From the NCBI GenBank assembly GCA_008632985.1, contig QPGO01000019.1, positions 186,001-250,000 on the forward strand: DNA of 64,000 nucleotides, written 5' to 3'. The notes beneath the pieces were generated by a model, which was not told the origin of the DNA, searched no databases, and saw only the letters and a list, made by a program, of their open reading frames with translations. Made by a program: the position numbers and the translations under genes. Shown piece by piece: positions 1 to 12,922 of the stretch. Position 1 is the first letter of the stretch; every line of letters begins with the position of its first letter. The DNA comes from Psammoneis japonica. Taxonomy: Eukaryota.

Positions 1-2860
1 GCATGCCTGCCAGCACACACCTGAAAAAGGCGTGCAAGTCTCCCAACCCGGCTCTCAATGTCCACCGGCACAATGAACCCGTCGCCACCAACACGGTGCA
101 CTCTGACACACCCGCCATCAACTCCTGCTGCGTCAGTGCACAGCTCTTTGTCAGCACGGAATCTCTTGTCACCGATGTCTGCGGCAGATGACATCCACAA
201 CAGTGCTCAGGTTGAGATCAGCAACAAGGTCCTTGGCATCCTTCGTGCCCTCTTCATCTCTAGTTGGCAAAGCGAGCCTCACCACCAGCACCAGAACTTT
301 GCTGAGCACCGCTGCCAGACTGTGAAAACCATGGCCAACACAATCATGAATCGCTTTGGATCTCCCGCACACACCTGGCTCCTCGCCCTCATGCATGTGT
401 GCTTTGTGCTTGACCACACTGTGTCTGCCAAGCTACACCGGTGTACCCCCACTGAGGTGCTGTCCGGTTCTACCCCTGACATCAGCCCGCTCCTTCGCTT
501 TCAATGGTGGGAACCCATGTGCTGCCACCTGGATGATTCTGACTGGCTGTCAGAATCTCGCAAACTTTGTGGTCACTTCATTGGCATTGCCAAACATGTT
601 GGTCATCAAATGATGTTCAAGATTCTCTCTGACGACACTCAGAAAATCATTTGTTGTTCCAATGTCCGCTCCGCCCATGACCCGTCTACTCTGAACCTCG
701 TCTTGACCCTCCTGAAAAAGGATCTGCTGAACCCATTGTCAAATCCCGACATGAGTCTCCGGATTCAATGGCTTCACCAGATGGGGAGACGATCAGGATG
801 CCCAAAATGCCAGTCTTCAACCCCGAGGATGTCATCGGACGCACCTTCCTCATGAATCCGCAAGAGGACAGACAATGTCACAGAGCCCACATTGTCAAAG
901 CTGTTGAAGACCATGATTGGGAAATTGGAGACAACCCTGAACTAGTCAAGTTCATTTGCTCTGTCAACAATGACAAATGTGAGGAAGTTCTTGCCTGCAA
1001 TGACATCATGCACCACATTGAGCAAGAAGACAAGGATTCTACCCTCTGGAAGTTCCGACTCATTGTCTCTCACGAAGGACCATTGAGACCTCACTGCCCA
1101 TCTTGGAAAGGCTCAAGCTACAACATCATGCTTGAATGGGAGAATGGGGGGATAACATCTGAACCCCTTGCCATCATTGCCAAGGATGATCCCGTCACCT
1201 GTGCCATTTGTGCACCCGAACACGGCTTGCTTGGCAAGACCGAAGGCTGGAAACGTTTCCGGACCATAGCTCGACGCCAGAAGAAGCTGTTCCGCATGGC
1301 CAACCAAGCCAAGCTGTGCTCCTTTCATGCCGCACCACGACACAAGCACAGATTCAAAGTGCCCCGGGACTACAAGCATGCCTTGGCTCTCAATGAACGC
1401 AATGACAACCGCAAGTGGGGAGATGCAACGGACCTCGAGATGACTCAGCTTGATGAATGCGAGGTCTTCCATGACTGTGGACACTGCAAGGACTCCAGTG
1501 CTCCGCCAGGATACAAGAAGATCAAGGTGCACCTCGTCTGTGACGTCAAACACAACAGATGGCACAAAGCACGCCTTGTCGCTGATGGGCACCTCACGGA
1601 CGCACACGTTGACAGTGTCTGCTCTGGGGCAGTGTCCCTCCGTGGCCTGCAAATGACATGTTCTTCCTGGCAGAACTCAATGACCTAGAGACCTGGGCGA
1701 CCGACATTGGGAATGCCCATCTTGAAGCCACCACTGAGGAGAAGCTGTACATTGTGGCAGGCCCGAATTTGGCAAGTTCGAATGACACATCCTTGTCATC
1801 CACAAGGCTTTGTACAGACTCTGCAGCTCCAGCCTCAGGTGGCATGAACGCTTTGCCAATTGCTTGCGCAATGAGGGCTTCTTCCCATGCCGCGCCGAAC
1901 CCGACATCTGGTTGCACAGGAATGGCAATCACTGCAAACACGTGGCAGCATACGTGGACGACCCAGCTTTCGCCATGAAGGACCCACAGGCTTTTGCGGA
2001 CACTCTCATGGAGAAGCACAAGTTCAAGCTCAAAGGCACTGGACCATTGGAGTTCCACCTTGGTTGCAACTTCACCCGTGACCCAGACGGCACCCTGTGT
2101 CTTGCTCCTTTCAAGTGCATTGAGCGCATGGTTGACAACTGTGCACGTCTCTTTGGGGAAAAACCTCGTGCTGATGTGCTCTTGCCTCTTGATGAGGGAG
2201 ACCACCCTGAGCTTGACACCTCCAAACTGCTTGAGCCGGATGGCATCCACCAATTTCAATCCTTGATTGGATCCCTGCAATGGGCTGCATCCCTTGGACA
2301 CATTGACATCACTGCGGCCGTCATGTCCTTGTCTGGCTTCCGTGCAGCCCCTCACCAAGGCCACTTAGACCGTGCCAAGCGTGTCTGCGGATTCCTCTCC
2401 AAGATGCAACATGGTGCCCTCCAAGTGCGCACTGAGGAGCCCGACCATTTGGATCTTCCCAAGCCCGTGTGTGACTGGTCCCAGTCTGTGTGTGGGGAGG
2501 TAGAAGAACTGCTCCCACAAGATGCACCTGAGCCACTTGGCAAGTTCGTCACTGCGACCCATTGCGTTGACGCAAACTTGTTTCATTGCATGCTCACAGG
2601 ACGCTCAGTCACAGGCATCCTGCATTTCCTCAACAAGTTTCCGGTTGATTGGTTCTCCAAGAAACAAGCAACAGTCGAGACTGCCACATGTGGATCTGAG
2701 TTTGTTGCCGCAAGGACCTGCGTTGAGCAGATCATTGATCTGCACATCACTTTACATCACCTTGGCGTCCCCATCCATGAAACCTGTTGCATGTTTGGGG
2801 ACAACAAGTTGGTTGTGGACAGTGCCACCATCCCGCACTCTAAGTTGCACCGCCCTCTCA
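1..2860 (+). mobile_element. Decayed Ty1/copia (diatom CoDi-like) pol: integrase, RT, RNase H; truncated by the window edge
   Basis: Frameshifted ORFs 58-855, 768-1688 and 1810-2913 carry SEPHHQHQNFAE (integrase), EPLAIIAKDDPVTCA..GWKRF, DVKH..HKARLVADGHLT, DIGNAHLEA, YVDD and VDWFSKKQATVETATCGSEF, in copia order IN-RT-RH. Confidence 0.93.
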
Positions 2861-2995
2861 TTCCACCATGCACTGGGGTTGCTCCCAGGTGTGGACCCTC
2901 CTTCGTCCCCTGATGTTTTGGAACTTTGATCCCAAAGCTTCCTGCCAATCTGACTTCAAATCTGTTGCTGTTGACCCCTCAAGCAAACTGGGGAG

Positions 2996-3333
2996 TGACA
3001 GGATTTGAACAAGATTTTAGTTTGTCACACACAATTGTGTGTGCTTTTAGTTCCATGCGCGACGGGCGATGCAGTTTGCTTTCAAGCCACATGGCTCACA
3101 AGAATGACAACAGCAGTGCCAATGTCACGACACCAGTCTTTTGGCTCCTGCAATGGTCTCTGCACAGAGACTCATCTGCTGTTTAGACAGCAGCAAGGGG
3201 TTGTTGTTTTCTTCCACCCAGTCATCTTCATTTCCTGACAACACCGTTGTGGATGGGTTCCAATCCCAGGTGGGACTCCGTGTGACATTGGGCCCGTGGA
3301 ATTCTGCGTGCGAGCTCTGTGTTAAAATCATCA
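2996..3333 (+). repeat. Probable 3' LTR of the decayed copia
   Basis: Purine tract GGGGAG immediately precedes TGACA at 2996; candidate ...ATCATCA end near 3333; partner LTR is outside the window so the end is unverified. Confidence 0.45.
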
Positions 3334-4260
3334 ATCAATTGAAACATGTGTGATTGCCAACAGAAAAAGAGGCAATTTTACGAACGCATCTCCTCCTTCA
3401 CACTTGGAGCACATGAACAACAGTTTGCATGGGTGTGTTCCACAGACATTGAAGAACATGCCCAGCGCATTTTCATTGTCACAAATGTTGAAAATAGAAA
3501 GCCTTTGGCTTCGCAAAATGGGAAGTGTGAAACAATTTCCTAGAATGTCACACGCAGCCATCTGCGTGCGCGACATGCGGCACGATCCAAAAAACCATTG
3601 ATGTCACAGTTCAGTGCTGCGAGGTCCCACCCAGAGCTGGAACACTTCACCCAGGAGTGCTTCTCAACAACAAAATGGGGTCAGAAAGTTTTGCGCCTCA
3701 TTTGCATGTGTCGTTGCATGCTTTCTGAGTGGCAGTCAAGAAAGCAATCATCAGAGAACAAGATGAGTGGTTGCATGCCCTTGGAAACTAAAGAGCGATG
3801 GCACAAACGGAGTCGAAGCACACCCCGTTGTGTGCCGCTGTTTTGCAATCCCATTCTCCCAGCCAGCCAGCGAGCGAGAGTGGAGCACAAAGCACTGAAA
3901 CAAATCAATTTTGAATGCTGCAGTGCCAAGAAATGCATTGCTTTTCTACGCACGTGGCAACAACAGGAATCATTCGGGTCCTGAGAGTCATCACGTAGAA
4001 ATTGTGTGGGAGAGCACCAAAAATAATTATCATCAGTCTGTCCATCCATCCGTATATGAATATTGTCACAAACATCATTCAGCGACGCTCTCTTCATTTT
4101 CGCTTCTTGATTGTTGGCATTTAGGGAAGGAACGAACGAACGGTGGCACATTATTTCATGCAATGCAGTAAAAGCACTCCAGATGTTTCTTTAAATAACT
4201 ATTCTTCACCATGCATGACATTACTTAACAAACTTTCGTCAGCTCAGCGTCTTGATTGTT

Positions 4261-4318
4261 GGCATTAACGGTAAGGTGTCGCAATTGTAGTTGGGCATTA
4301 ACGGTAAGGTGTCGCAAT
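4261..4318. repeat. 25-bp perfect direct repeat, two copies (GGCATTAACGGTAAGGTGTCGCAAT)
   Basis: Copies at 4261-4285 and 4294-4318, about 140 bp upstream of the ATG at 4458. Confidence 0.85.
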
Positions 4319-4457
4319 AAGTATAAGTATTTTTGAAGACTTCGGCGAATTTGTGGGGCTCGGATCATTGTCACTTTTATCATGGAGACGATCTGATTCG
4401 CGATGTGTCTCATAAATCCAATCGAATATTGAGTGACTAGCCTGTTCATTCGCGACG

Positions 4458-7400
4458 ATGTTTGCCAGTAGAGCAGTTCTTCTCCTGCTCGCTGCAGCTT
4501 TTGCTCCGCAGAGGAGCGGCGCTCTAAAGGTACCGACGGATGAATCGAGTGTACTTTGTTTTGGAGTGCTTTGTTCTTGCTTCCTTTTTGATTACTCACC
4601 AGGTTTTTCCCTCTCCGTATAAACTCGTTGTACAAAGGGAATAGAAGACTACTTTCCTCCTCAACAAGAAGAATACCTTCCGCTTGATCCTTATTCCCGA
4701 ATGCTGAATGACATGGGCGAACCCGAATTTGATACTATGCAGCCGTGTTTGGACGCCGCAACTCCCGGAAACCCTTCGTGCACAGCAGGTGATGTTGACA
4801 TTGCACAAGCGACCGTGACTGAAACCACTGGTTGCGTCGATGGCATGGTCACTTTTAACGTGAGCATAATGGTAGCCGTGACTGGAATGGGGGGGGACCG
4901 CCACGACATTGGCATTTTCTTTTCAGAAAATGCCACGATTGGAGACGCTCGAGGCGGAGACTCCTGCACCGTGGTCACGCCTCCATATGGAAATGGTGGA
5001 TTCTTTGATTTGGATATGACCAACGACCAATTTATTGATAACAATATGGTTCCCGGTATTCAAGACGAATGCGGGGACATTGCAGATGGCAACAACATTA
5101 CTTTTTCGGTTGAGCTCACATTTAACTGCACGGACAACACGTTAGATTTGCCGTATTGCGTTTCCTCTTCTACGCCGGGAAACAATAAACTTTGCACGGT
5201 CCCCGTGGAAGGTGAAGTTGGTCTACTCGAGTGTTTTTTTTAATTTGGTTGCTCGGTCCCATGCTTCTCAGTTTCTTACATGTCTGCTTACTTTTTCCGC
5301 TATCTCTATCATCTTTTGTAGCGTACCCAAAGCCAGGCTCCAAGTGTGTGTGCAATGAGACCTTCTCGTTGGACGTTAGTCCAATCACTCCAAGTCCAAC
5401 TCCTGCGCCGACGCCGTCTCCGACTCCCTCTCCTACCCCGAGCCCAACTCCGTCGCCCACACCTGCGCCGACGCCGAGTCCAACTCCAGCACCGACGCCT
5501 TCTCCCACCCCGAGTCCAACACCTGCGCCGACGCCGTCGCCTACTCCAGCGCCAACACCTGCTCCTACCACGAGTCCGACACCTGCGCCGACGCCTTCAC
5601 CTACCCCGGCTCCAACTCCTGCTCCGACACCCAGTCCAACTCCTGCTCCTACCCCGAGTCCAACCCCTGCTCCTACACCAGCGCCAACGCCGTCACCGAC
5701 CCCTGCTCCTACCCCGAGTCCGACGCCGTCCCCTACACCAGCGCCAACGCCGTCTCCGACGCCTGCTCCTACCCCGAGTCCGACGCCGTCCCCTACACCA
5801 GCGCCAACGCCGTCTCCAACCCCTGCTCCTACTCCGAGTCCGACCCCTGCTCCTACACCAGCGCCAACTCCGAGTCCAACCCCTGCTCCTACACCAGCGC
5901 CAACGCCGTCTCCAACTCCTGCTCCTACACCAGCTCCTACCCCGAGTCCGACGCCGTCCCCAACACCAGCGCCAACCCCGTCTCCAACTCCTGCTCCTAC
6001 CCCGAGTCCAACCCCTGCTCCTACACCAGCGCCAACGCCGTCACCGACCCCTGCTCCTACCCGAGTCCGACGCCGTCCCCTACACCAGCGCCAACGCCGT
6101 CTCCAACTCCTGCTCCTACACCAGCGCCAACGCCGTCTCCGACGCCTGCTCCTACCCCGAGTCCGACGCCGTCCCCTACACCAGCGCCAACGCCGTCTCC
6201 AACCCCTGCTCCTACTCCGAGTCCGACCCCTGCTCCTACACCAGCGCCAACTCCGAGTCCAACCCCTGCTCCTACACCAGCGCCAACGCCGTCTCCAACT
6301 CCTGCTCCTACACCAGCTCCAACGCCGTCTCCGACCCCTGCTCCTACCCCGAGTCCGACGCCGTCCCCAACACCAGCGCCAACCCCGTCTCCAACTCCTG
6401 CTCCTACCCCGAGTCCAACCCCTGCTCCTACACCAGCGCCAACGCCGTCACCGACCCCTGCTCCTACCCCGAGTCCGACGCCGTCCCCTACACCAGCGCC
6501 AACGCCGTCTCCAACTCCTGCTCCTACACCAGCGCCAACGCCGTCTCCGACGCCTGCTCCTACCCCGAGTCCGACGCCGTCCCCTACACCAGCGCCAACG
6601 CCGTCTCCAACCCCTGCTCCTACTCCGAGTCCGACCCCGTCTCCAACCCCTGCTCCTACTCCGAGTCCAACCCCTGCTCCTACACCAGCGCCAACGCCGT
6701 CTCCAACTCCTGCTCCTACACCAGCTCCAACGCCGTCTCCGACCCCTGCTCCTACCCCGAGTCCGACGCCGTCCCCAACACCAGCGCCTACCCCGTCTCC
6801 AACTCCTGCTCCTACCCCGAGTCCAACCCCTGCTCCTACACCAGCGCCAACGCCGTCACCGACCCCTGCTCCTACCCCGAGTCCGACGCCGTCCCCTACA
6901 CCAGCGCCAACGCCGTCTCCAACTCCTGCTCCTACACCAGCGCCAACGCCGTCTCCGACGCCTGCTCCTACCCCGAGTCCGACGCCGTCCCCTACACCAG
7001 CGCCAACGCCGTCTCCAACCCCTGCTCCTACTCCGAGTCCGACCCGTCTCCAACCCCTGCTCCTACTCCGAGTCCAACCCCTGCTCCTACACCAGCGCCA
7101 ACGCCGTCTCCAACTCCTGCTCCTACCCCGAGTCCGACGCCGTCCCCTACACCAGCGCCAACGCCGTCACCCACTGTGCGGAAGGGCGCTTGCTGCCCAC
7201 TAGCTGGATCCAATAGGGTTTGCTTCAAGGGAACTGAAGAAGAATGTCTTTCAAATTACGGACTCTGGCAAGGAAACGGCGTAACGTGCGAGGACGCAGA
7301 TTGCCCGACGTCACCTCCTACAACCTCTCCGACAAAGAGCCCTACCATGGCTCCAACTACCCCGGCTCCTACCATGGCTCCCACTACGCCGGCTCCAACC

Positions 7401-8841
7401 AAAGCTCCTACACTGCCCCCAACGAAAGTTGATCAGAGTCCTGGTGCATGCTGCACCTTGCTTGATGGATGCAAGTACCTTTCTCAGGAGACGTGCGCTT
7501 TGGGCGGTGGTACATTCACGAAACCAAACCAAAAGTGTAAGGACACTGAATGCCCCAACAAGGGAGCTTGCTGCTTGGAGGATGGGTGTAAGCGAACCTT
7601 TAAGAAGGAGTGTACCAACCAAGGAGGCAAGTTCCAGGGATTTGGCGTGCAATGTGAACTCGGCTTGTGCCCGACCAAACCACCAACTCCGGCTCCTAGC
7701 ACCGCAGCGCCTACGCAAAAACCCACCATTACTCCTCCTCCGACTGGAGCGTGCTGTGATGTCATGAAGGATGAATGTGAACAAACCGCAGAAGAAGATT
7801 GTGACACGGGCGTATTTTAGGACTTGGAGTCAAGTGCAAGCCGGGCATATGTCCCACAAGGACCTCTCCCGGAGCCTGTTGCCTCAAATCTGGAGAGTGC
7901 CGTTTCTGGTCTCAACAGACGTGCGCTGCCAACGGAAACTTCTTCTTGGGTCCTGGCACTTCCTGTAAGAATGTGGTGTGCCCAGTCAAGAATCCAAGCC
8001 CTACCCTGCTCCTGACAAGAAACCGTTAGGGGCCTGCTGCTTTGACAGTGGACTATGCCGCAACCTCGTTCCTGCCGTGTGCAGGAGGAAGTATGGCAAG
8101 TTCATCGCCATTGGTACCATGTGCAAGGATGACAACACCTGTCCCATTGGTCGCCGCGGCAAGCCTGGTGCATGCTGCTTGGTTGATGTAAGGAAATGCA
8201 AAACTCTCCCTGAGAAGAAGTGCATCAAGAAGGGCGGGCATTTTTCTGGCGAAGGTGTCAAGTGCAGCATGAAATCGTGCCCTGCCGCTCATGGTGCATG
8301 CTGCTTGCCCAATGGGTCGTGTGCCGTGTTGAAGAAGAACACTTGTGTCAGGATGAAGCATGGAAAGTTTGTTGGATTCGGAACTAAGTGCAAGAAGAAT
8401 ACCTGCTCCTCTAAACCGGGAGCTTGTTGCTGGAAGAATGGCAAGTGCATGTTGTTGAAGCAATCCAAGTGCTACAGGCGTGGTGGAAAATTCGTGGGAG
8501 CCGGTGTTAAGTGCCGCAAGAAGACTGCCCCAAGAGTCCTGATTACAGGTAGTCTGTACCCCGATTGAGGGTGTGGAAAAGGTGCGTGCTGCTTGCCCAA
8601 TGGATCGTGTGCCGTGTTGAAGAAGAATGCTTGTGTCAATAAGAGCAATGGAAAGTTTGTCGGATTCGACACCAAGTGCAAGAAGAAGACATGCTCCTCT
8701 ACACCCGGTGCCTGTTGCTGGAAGAACGGCAAATGCATGGTGTTGGAACAGACCAAGTGCTGCAGGCGCGGAGGAAAATTCGTGGGAACCGGTGTCAAGT
8801 GCCGCAAGAAGACCTGCCCCAAAATCCCTGATTACAAGTAG
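4458..8841 (+). CDS. Large secreted protein: signal peptide, acidic Cys-containing domain, long Pro/Thr mucin-like stalk, multiple GACC cysteine repeats, Lys-rich C-terminus
   Basis: [22 protein letters not shown] leader; GT-AG introns at about 4530-4602 and 5212-5321 (the second joins in frame to AYPKPGSKC); (TPSP/TPAP)n; repeated GACC-x-C...GGxFxGxGxxC units; several single-base frameshifts in homopolymers; frame just after intron 1 unresolved. Confidence 0.8.
5387..7175 (+). repeat. Coding 12-bp-unit tandem repeat (TPSP/TPAP) with higher-order duplications
   Basis: Recurrent blocks such as ccagcgccaacgccgtctccaactcctgctcctacc; frame slips near 6061 and 7043 each lack one C in a C-run. Confidence 0.95.
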
Positions 8842-9599
8842 TTCACTCCCCCATTAACGGTGTGAAGACCATGGATAAAATACCAAGTTGAGGGGTGTGG
8901 AGGACTTGGAGAATTGCCATGTTGATGTTTTCGACATTGCAAAATAAATGTTAATGTCTATCACATTCGTGTTGCAATTATTGGAAGTGGATGCAGTGTC
9001 ATGCACTTGCAGCACCAACAACAATTGACATTAGCAAGTTGCTAAACTTCCACCAAAAAGTGGAAACACATGCAGATAAACGCAAAAATTAATTATCATT
9101 TTCATCACAACACCTCCACACCACTCTCTGCCTCTTTGGTGTCATTTCTCATAAACCAAGCAACGCCCAGAGACGTCCAGGGGCGTTTTAGAATCGCACT
9201 CACATGCTCTGTTGATCCACATTGCGAAATGCTGACACTGGCATGTGTCAAGAACAAGAAATGGCGAAAATTGACTCTCACACATCGGCTGTTGTTGCCT
9301 CCTGAAGTCCATGACAATTGTTTGTTTGTGACAAACACCTCTTCACCCCAAAATTGCCCATCAACTTACAATTGCCTTTTGTGTCTCAAATGATGCCATG
9401 TGATTGGCATTGTTGAAAACAATGGGCTGCAAACAATGTTGAGGAACCCACCGAGTGCACATTTTGTTGCGGAAGAGCAACTGGCACGGACCATTGCTTG
9501 GAGAAATCAGCAATCCATTGCTGTGAAGGTTGACCCAATGGTGCAGCATTGCAATGAACATGGTTTTTAACAGGCCATCATCTTGTTTGTTCAGATTGG

Positions 9600-10560
9600 A
9601 TTGGGTCCAAATGCCATCCAAGTTGGAGCTGGCAAATGAAGTGCTCCAACCTGCGCAAGCAAGCGGGTGAGCTGCATCTTCCTCGGGACACTGAAAGTCC
9701 TTCAAAGTGTCAAAGACACTTTGATCATTGTCTTCTGCATGGAGAGACTCTGGCTGAAACTGGCAATTGGATGACAAGATCTTGCATTGGATGCAAGCAA
9801 TGCATGTGGACGATGTGGCACACCAAAGTTTTAAAGAATGTTGTGGATGAGGAACCTGGGCTGCATTTGGGTGAACTGGTGCTAAAAATAAATGACATCA
9901 CTGGCAAAAAGTGGAGTTCAAGTCAGACATGGAAGAAACTCAAAAAAGATGCAGGGCACTCACTCAAAGTCATGACAGACAAGGCCATCAAAATGGACAA
10001 GGAACAAAGGGCCTGTTGTCTCAATGCTTTGCAAGCTGCGGCTCTTCAACCCAAGATGTCAGTTCACTCATGTAAATGAGTGTCTCACAAAGACTGAAGT
10101 GAAGCAAGACAGCAGCATTGGTTTTCAAAAAGGGGCAAAATTCCTGTTTGGTTGCGTCCCACATGATGGACAAATGTGCTTGGCATTCGTTGCTTGCTGC
10201 TTGTGACATCAATGGTCGTGCAAAGGAAGCATGCAATGTTGTTCAGCATGGCAACTCAAGAGATGAAGAGAGGGGTCCAATTGTTGGAGCTGTTGATCAG
10301 GGCATTGTAAATTGTGGGTGAAAGAGAAGCTTCTTCTGTGCCTTGGTGACTGAAGTTTGGGAGAACCAAGGTCCATTGTGGTGCTGGACAATGTGTCAGT
10401 GCACCATTCGGGCTGCATTGTCAATGTGATTGAAGCCATGGGGGCTGCAATCATTCATTCTGCTCCATGTTTCCTTGATCTAAATCTGATTGAAATGACA
10501 TTTTTGGTTTCCACAAGGTGCACTTGAAGCATCATGGGAGTGCCAGGTGGTGCAAGCATT
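9600..10560 (+). mobile_element. Decayed Tc1/IS630-family (DDE_3) transposase
   Basis: 10363-10497 translates EPRSIVVLDNVSVHH...IIHSAPCFLDLNLIEM (family pattern VxDNAxxH...YxxPYSPDLNPIE); upstream HTH-like HLGELVLKINDITGKKWSSSQTWKKL; in-frame stops. Confidence 0.8.
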
Positions 10561-12922
10561 GTCTCAATGCTCTTGACAGCATCACCCCTGCAATGGCTTG
10601 TTCATGATGCAAACATCAACAGACTTAGTTTTCTTGCCTCCTTGCTTGTGTGGCAGAGCATTTCCTGTGCTTTTAATGTGCTTCTCTTCAACTCTGTTGT
10701 CTTGTGCCAGCCTCTGTTTGGCAGCAAGAATGACTTTGATTTGTTGCCAATGTGGCCACCCTCTCAACAATTGTGTGTCAATCTTGCAGGGCCATGGATC
10801 AAATTGCAAGCTTCAAAGAACATCTTTTGACAAATGATGCAGTGTTCACACATTGATGCAGACTTGGGTCATCTTTGTCATCAGCAAAATTGCACTCGGG
10901 TTCTGTGCACTCATTCAGATTGTTCCCATGCTCTTGCTCAAAAGCCAGACATGGTGGGATGTCACAGCTCATCTCGTGAACCTTTGGGGTGTGCTCCTTT
11001 GTCTCATCACTGTGCAGGAGAACTGCGGGGCCAAGCATGTCAACACTGAGTTTGGTGTCACAATCCTGCATGGCCCACTTGGTCTTTGTTGGCTGTGATT
11101 GTGGTTGTTGTTGGCAGCACCACCATGTCCTCTGCTTCTCAAAATCCTCTTCTCCTTCTTTTTCTTGTGCAGATGACAACAGCAAGAATGTGTTGGTTGA
11201 CCCCAGAGCTGTTGTGGTTCAATTCTTGGCAAGCAACGTGGTTGAGTGCATTGTGGAAGACTGCGTCATTGCTCAAAGCCTGCAGCTTGATTTGCTTGTC
11301 TGCCAAAGGAACAGTCTTGAGCTCATTCAGTGCAAATTCTTCAGAATGTGAACAGATGGCAACTCCTGAACTCTCTGACCACCTCTCAAATTTCAAGCTT
11401 CTTTCCTTGTTGTGTCCTGTGCTTTGTCAAAAACCTCTGCTCAATGTCTTGGAAATTGGAGCTGCAATGGAGCTCATTGTGTGCATCATTGTCCAAGAAG
11501 AAGTCATTGTTGAATTTCTTGGCCTTCCTTTTTCCAATGGTGGCAGAAAGTTGGAGGACTGCAGGAATGTTTGTGCCCATCAAAACTTTCCTCTTTGCTT
11601 TTATTGTCATTGTTTTTGACAACCCCTTCAGACTTGACCACTGCAGAAATGGCATCAAACAACAATGTGCAGCAGATGTGACATGTCTTGCACTTTGCAC
11701 TTGTTGCTCAAACAGACCTGTTGCAGCTGTTGCACTCAAAAGGGTTTTTCTGTCTGATGCATCATGCAAAGTCAATGTGCGAGGTGGCCAAACTGTGATT
11801 CTGCTGTGGGAGCATCCAGTTCCCAATGTGTTCCAATCAAAATTGGGCACCACATTGTGTGATCCAGGCAGAGCCACACCTCCCATTGATCATGATTGCC
11901 AGATGACCAGAGGTGCACAAATTGTCTGTTGTTGCCAAATGCGTGATGCGCTGGTGACAAAACAACAAGGTGGGCCATGGGCACAGACCTTCTGCCCAAG
12001 ACCTGTCATGATCATGTGCTGCATCTGAGAGAATTTCTGTGGAGCAAAATTGCAATTTTTGCAATTCACCACCATGCACAAATGCACTCGGCACAACACC
12101 CTTGGCATCTGCATTCCAGCATGCCCAACAACTTCACCACTTGCATCAACACAATGCAGTCTGCACCACATGCCAAGGTCAAAGATTCTGGCATGTGGCC
12201 AGTGCCAACACAATTGGAGCAATTGCAAACAATTTTGCAAAGAGATTGCTCAGTGCTGCATTGCTGCCAATGTTGCACATCCATTGTTGGGTTGTTGCCA
12301 AGTTCAAGAAGGAAACACCACTGTTGCATTGAGAGCATCATTTGTTTGGTTGCCAGGACAAGGATTCAAGGGAAAAGGTGAAATGGTTGTTGCAAGAAAC
12401 CATTTTTGCCTGAAGTTGATGGAGAGGAATGGAGTCCAGAACTCCACGCATCTTGCTGTGGAAGATGGAGTGCATGTTGAGTTGGATCCCTTGCCTGGCG
12501 TCAGAGGGAACATTTTGCCAACTGAACACTCCCATGGACTTGGGTGCCACTTGCAGTGTGGGTGTTGTGCATGAGTCTGAGCATTGGTGCAAACAACAGA
12601 AACTGTGGTGCATTGCCCTCATGACAGCCCATCAGCTTCAACTGCAACAGGTCCATTGATGATTCCTGTGGCAACAGCACAAGAAACAGACAACAAAGTC
12701 CATGAGAGAGCATGTCTTTGACATTTGGCTGTGCAAGCCACAAAGTGCAAAATGCTCACAACATGTGAGCTCACAAGGCACACACTCACAAGCTGTGCAC
12801 GCAAAATTCTGCTTCACCCAAACAGCAGCTGAAATGAAACCCATTGCAACTGGCAAATGTTCCCTGTGGCAACGGCACAACAAACAGATCACAGAATTGG
12901 TGGGAGCTTTTCTTGGATGCAG

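Noticed and set aside
58..2913. Alternative genetic code or recoding to explain missing Tyr
   Set aside because: Neighbouring genes use TAY for conserved Tyr and TAA/TAG/TGA as stops; the depletion is frame-independent and includes non-coding DNA.
4261..4318. CRISPR-like repeat
   Set aside because: Only two copies with an 8-bp gap, eukaryotic context and no cas genes.
5231..7820. Arg/Leu-rich (RRRPLHQRQ) and SYTSANAV repeat proteins in the ORF track
   Set aside because: Alternative frames of the TPSP/TPAP repeat caused by single-base slips in C-runs.
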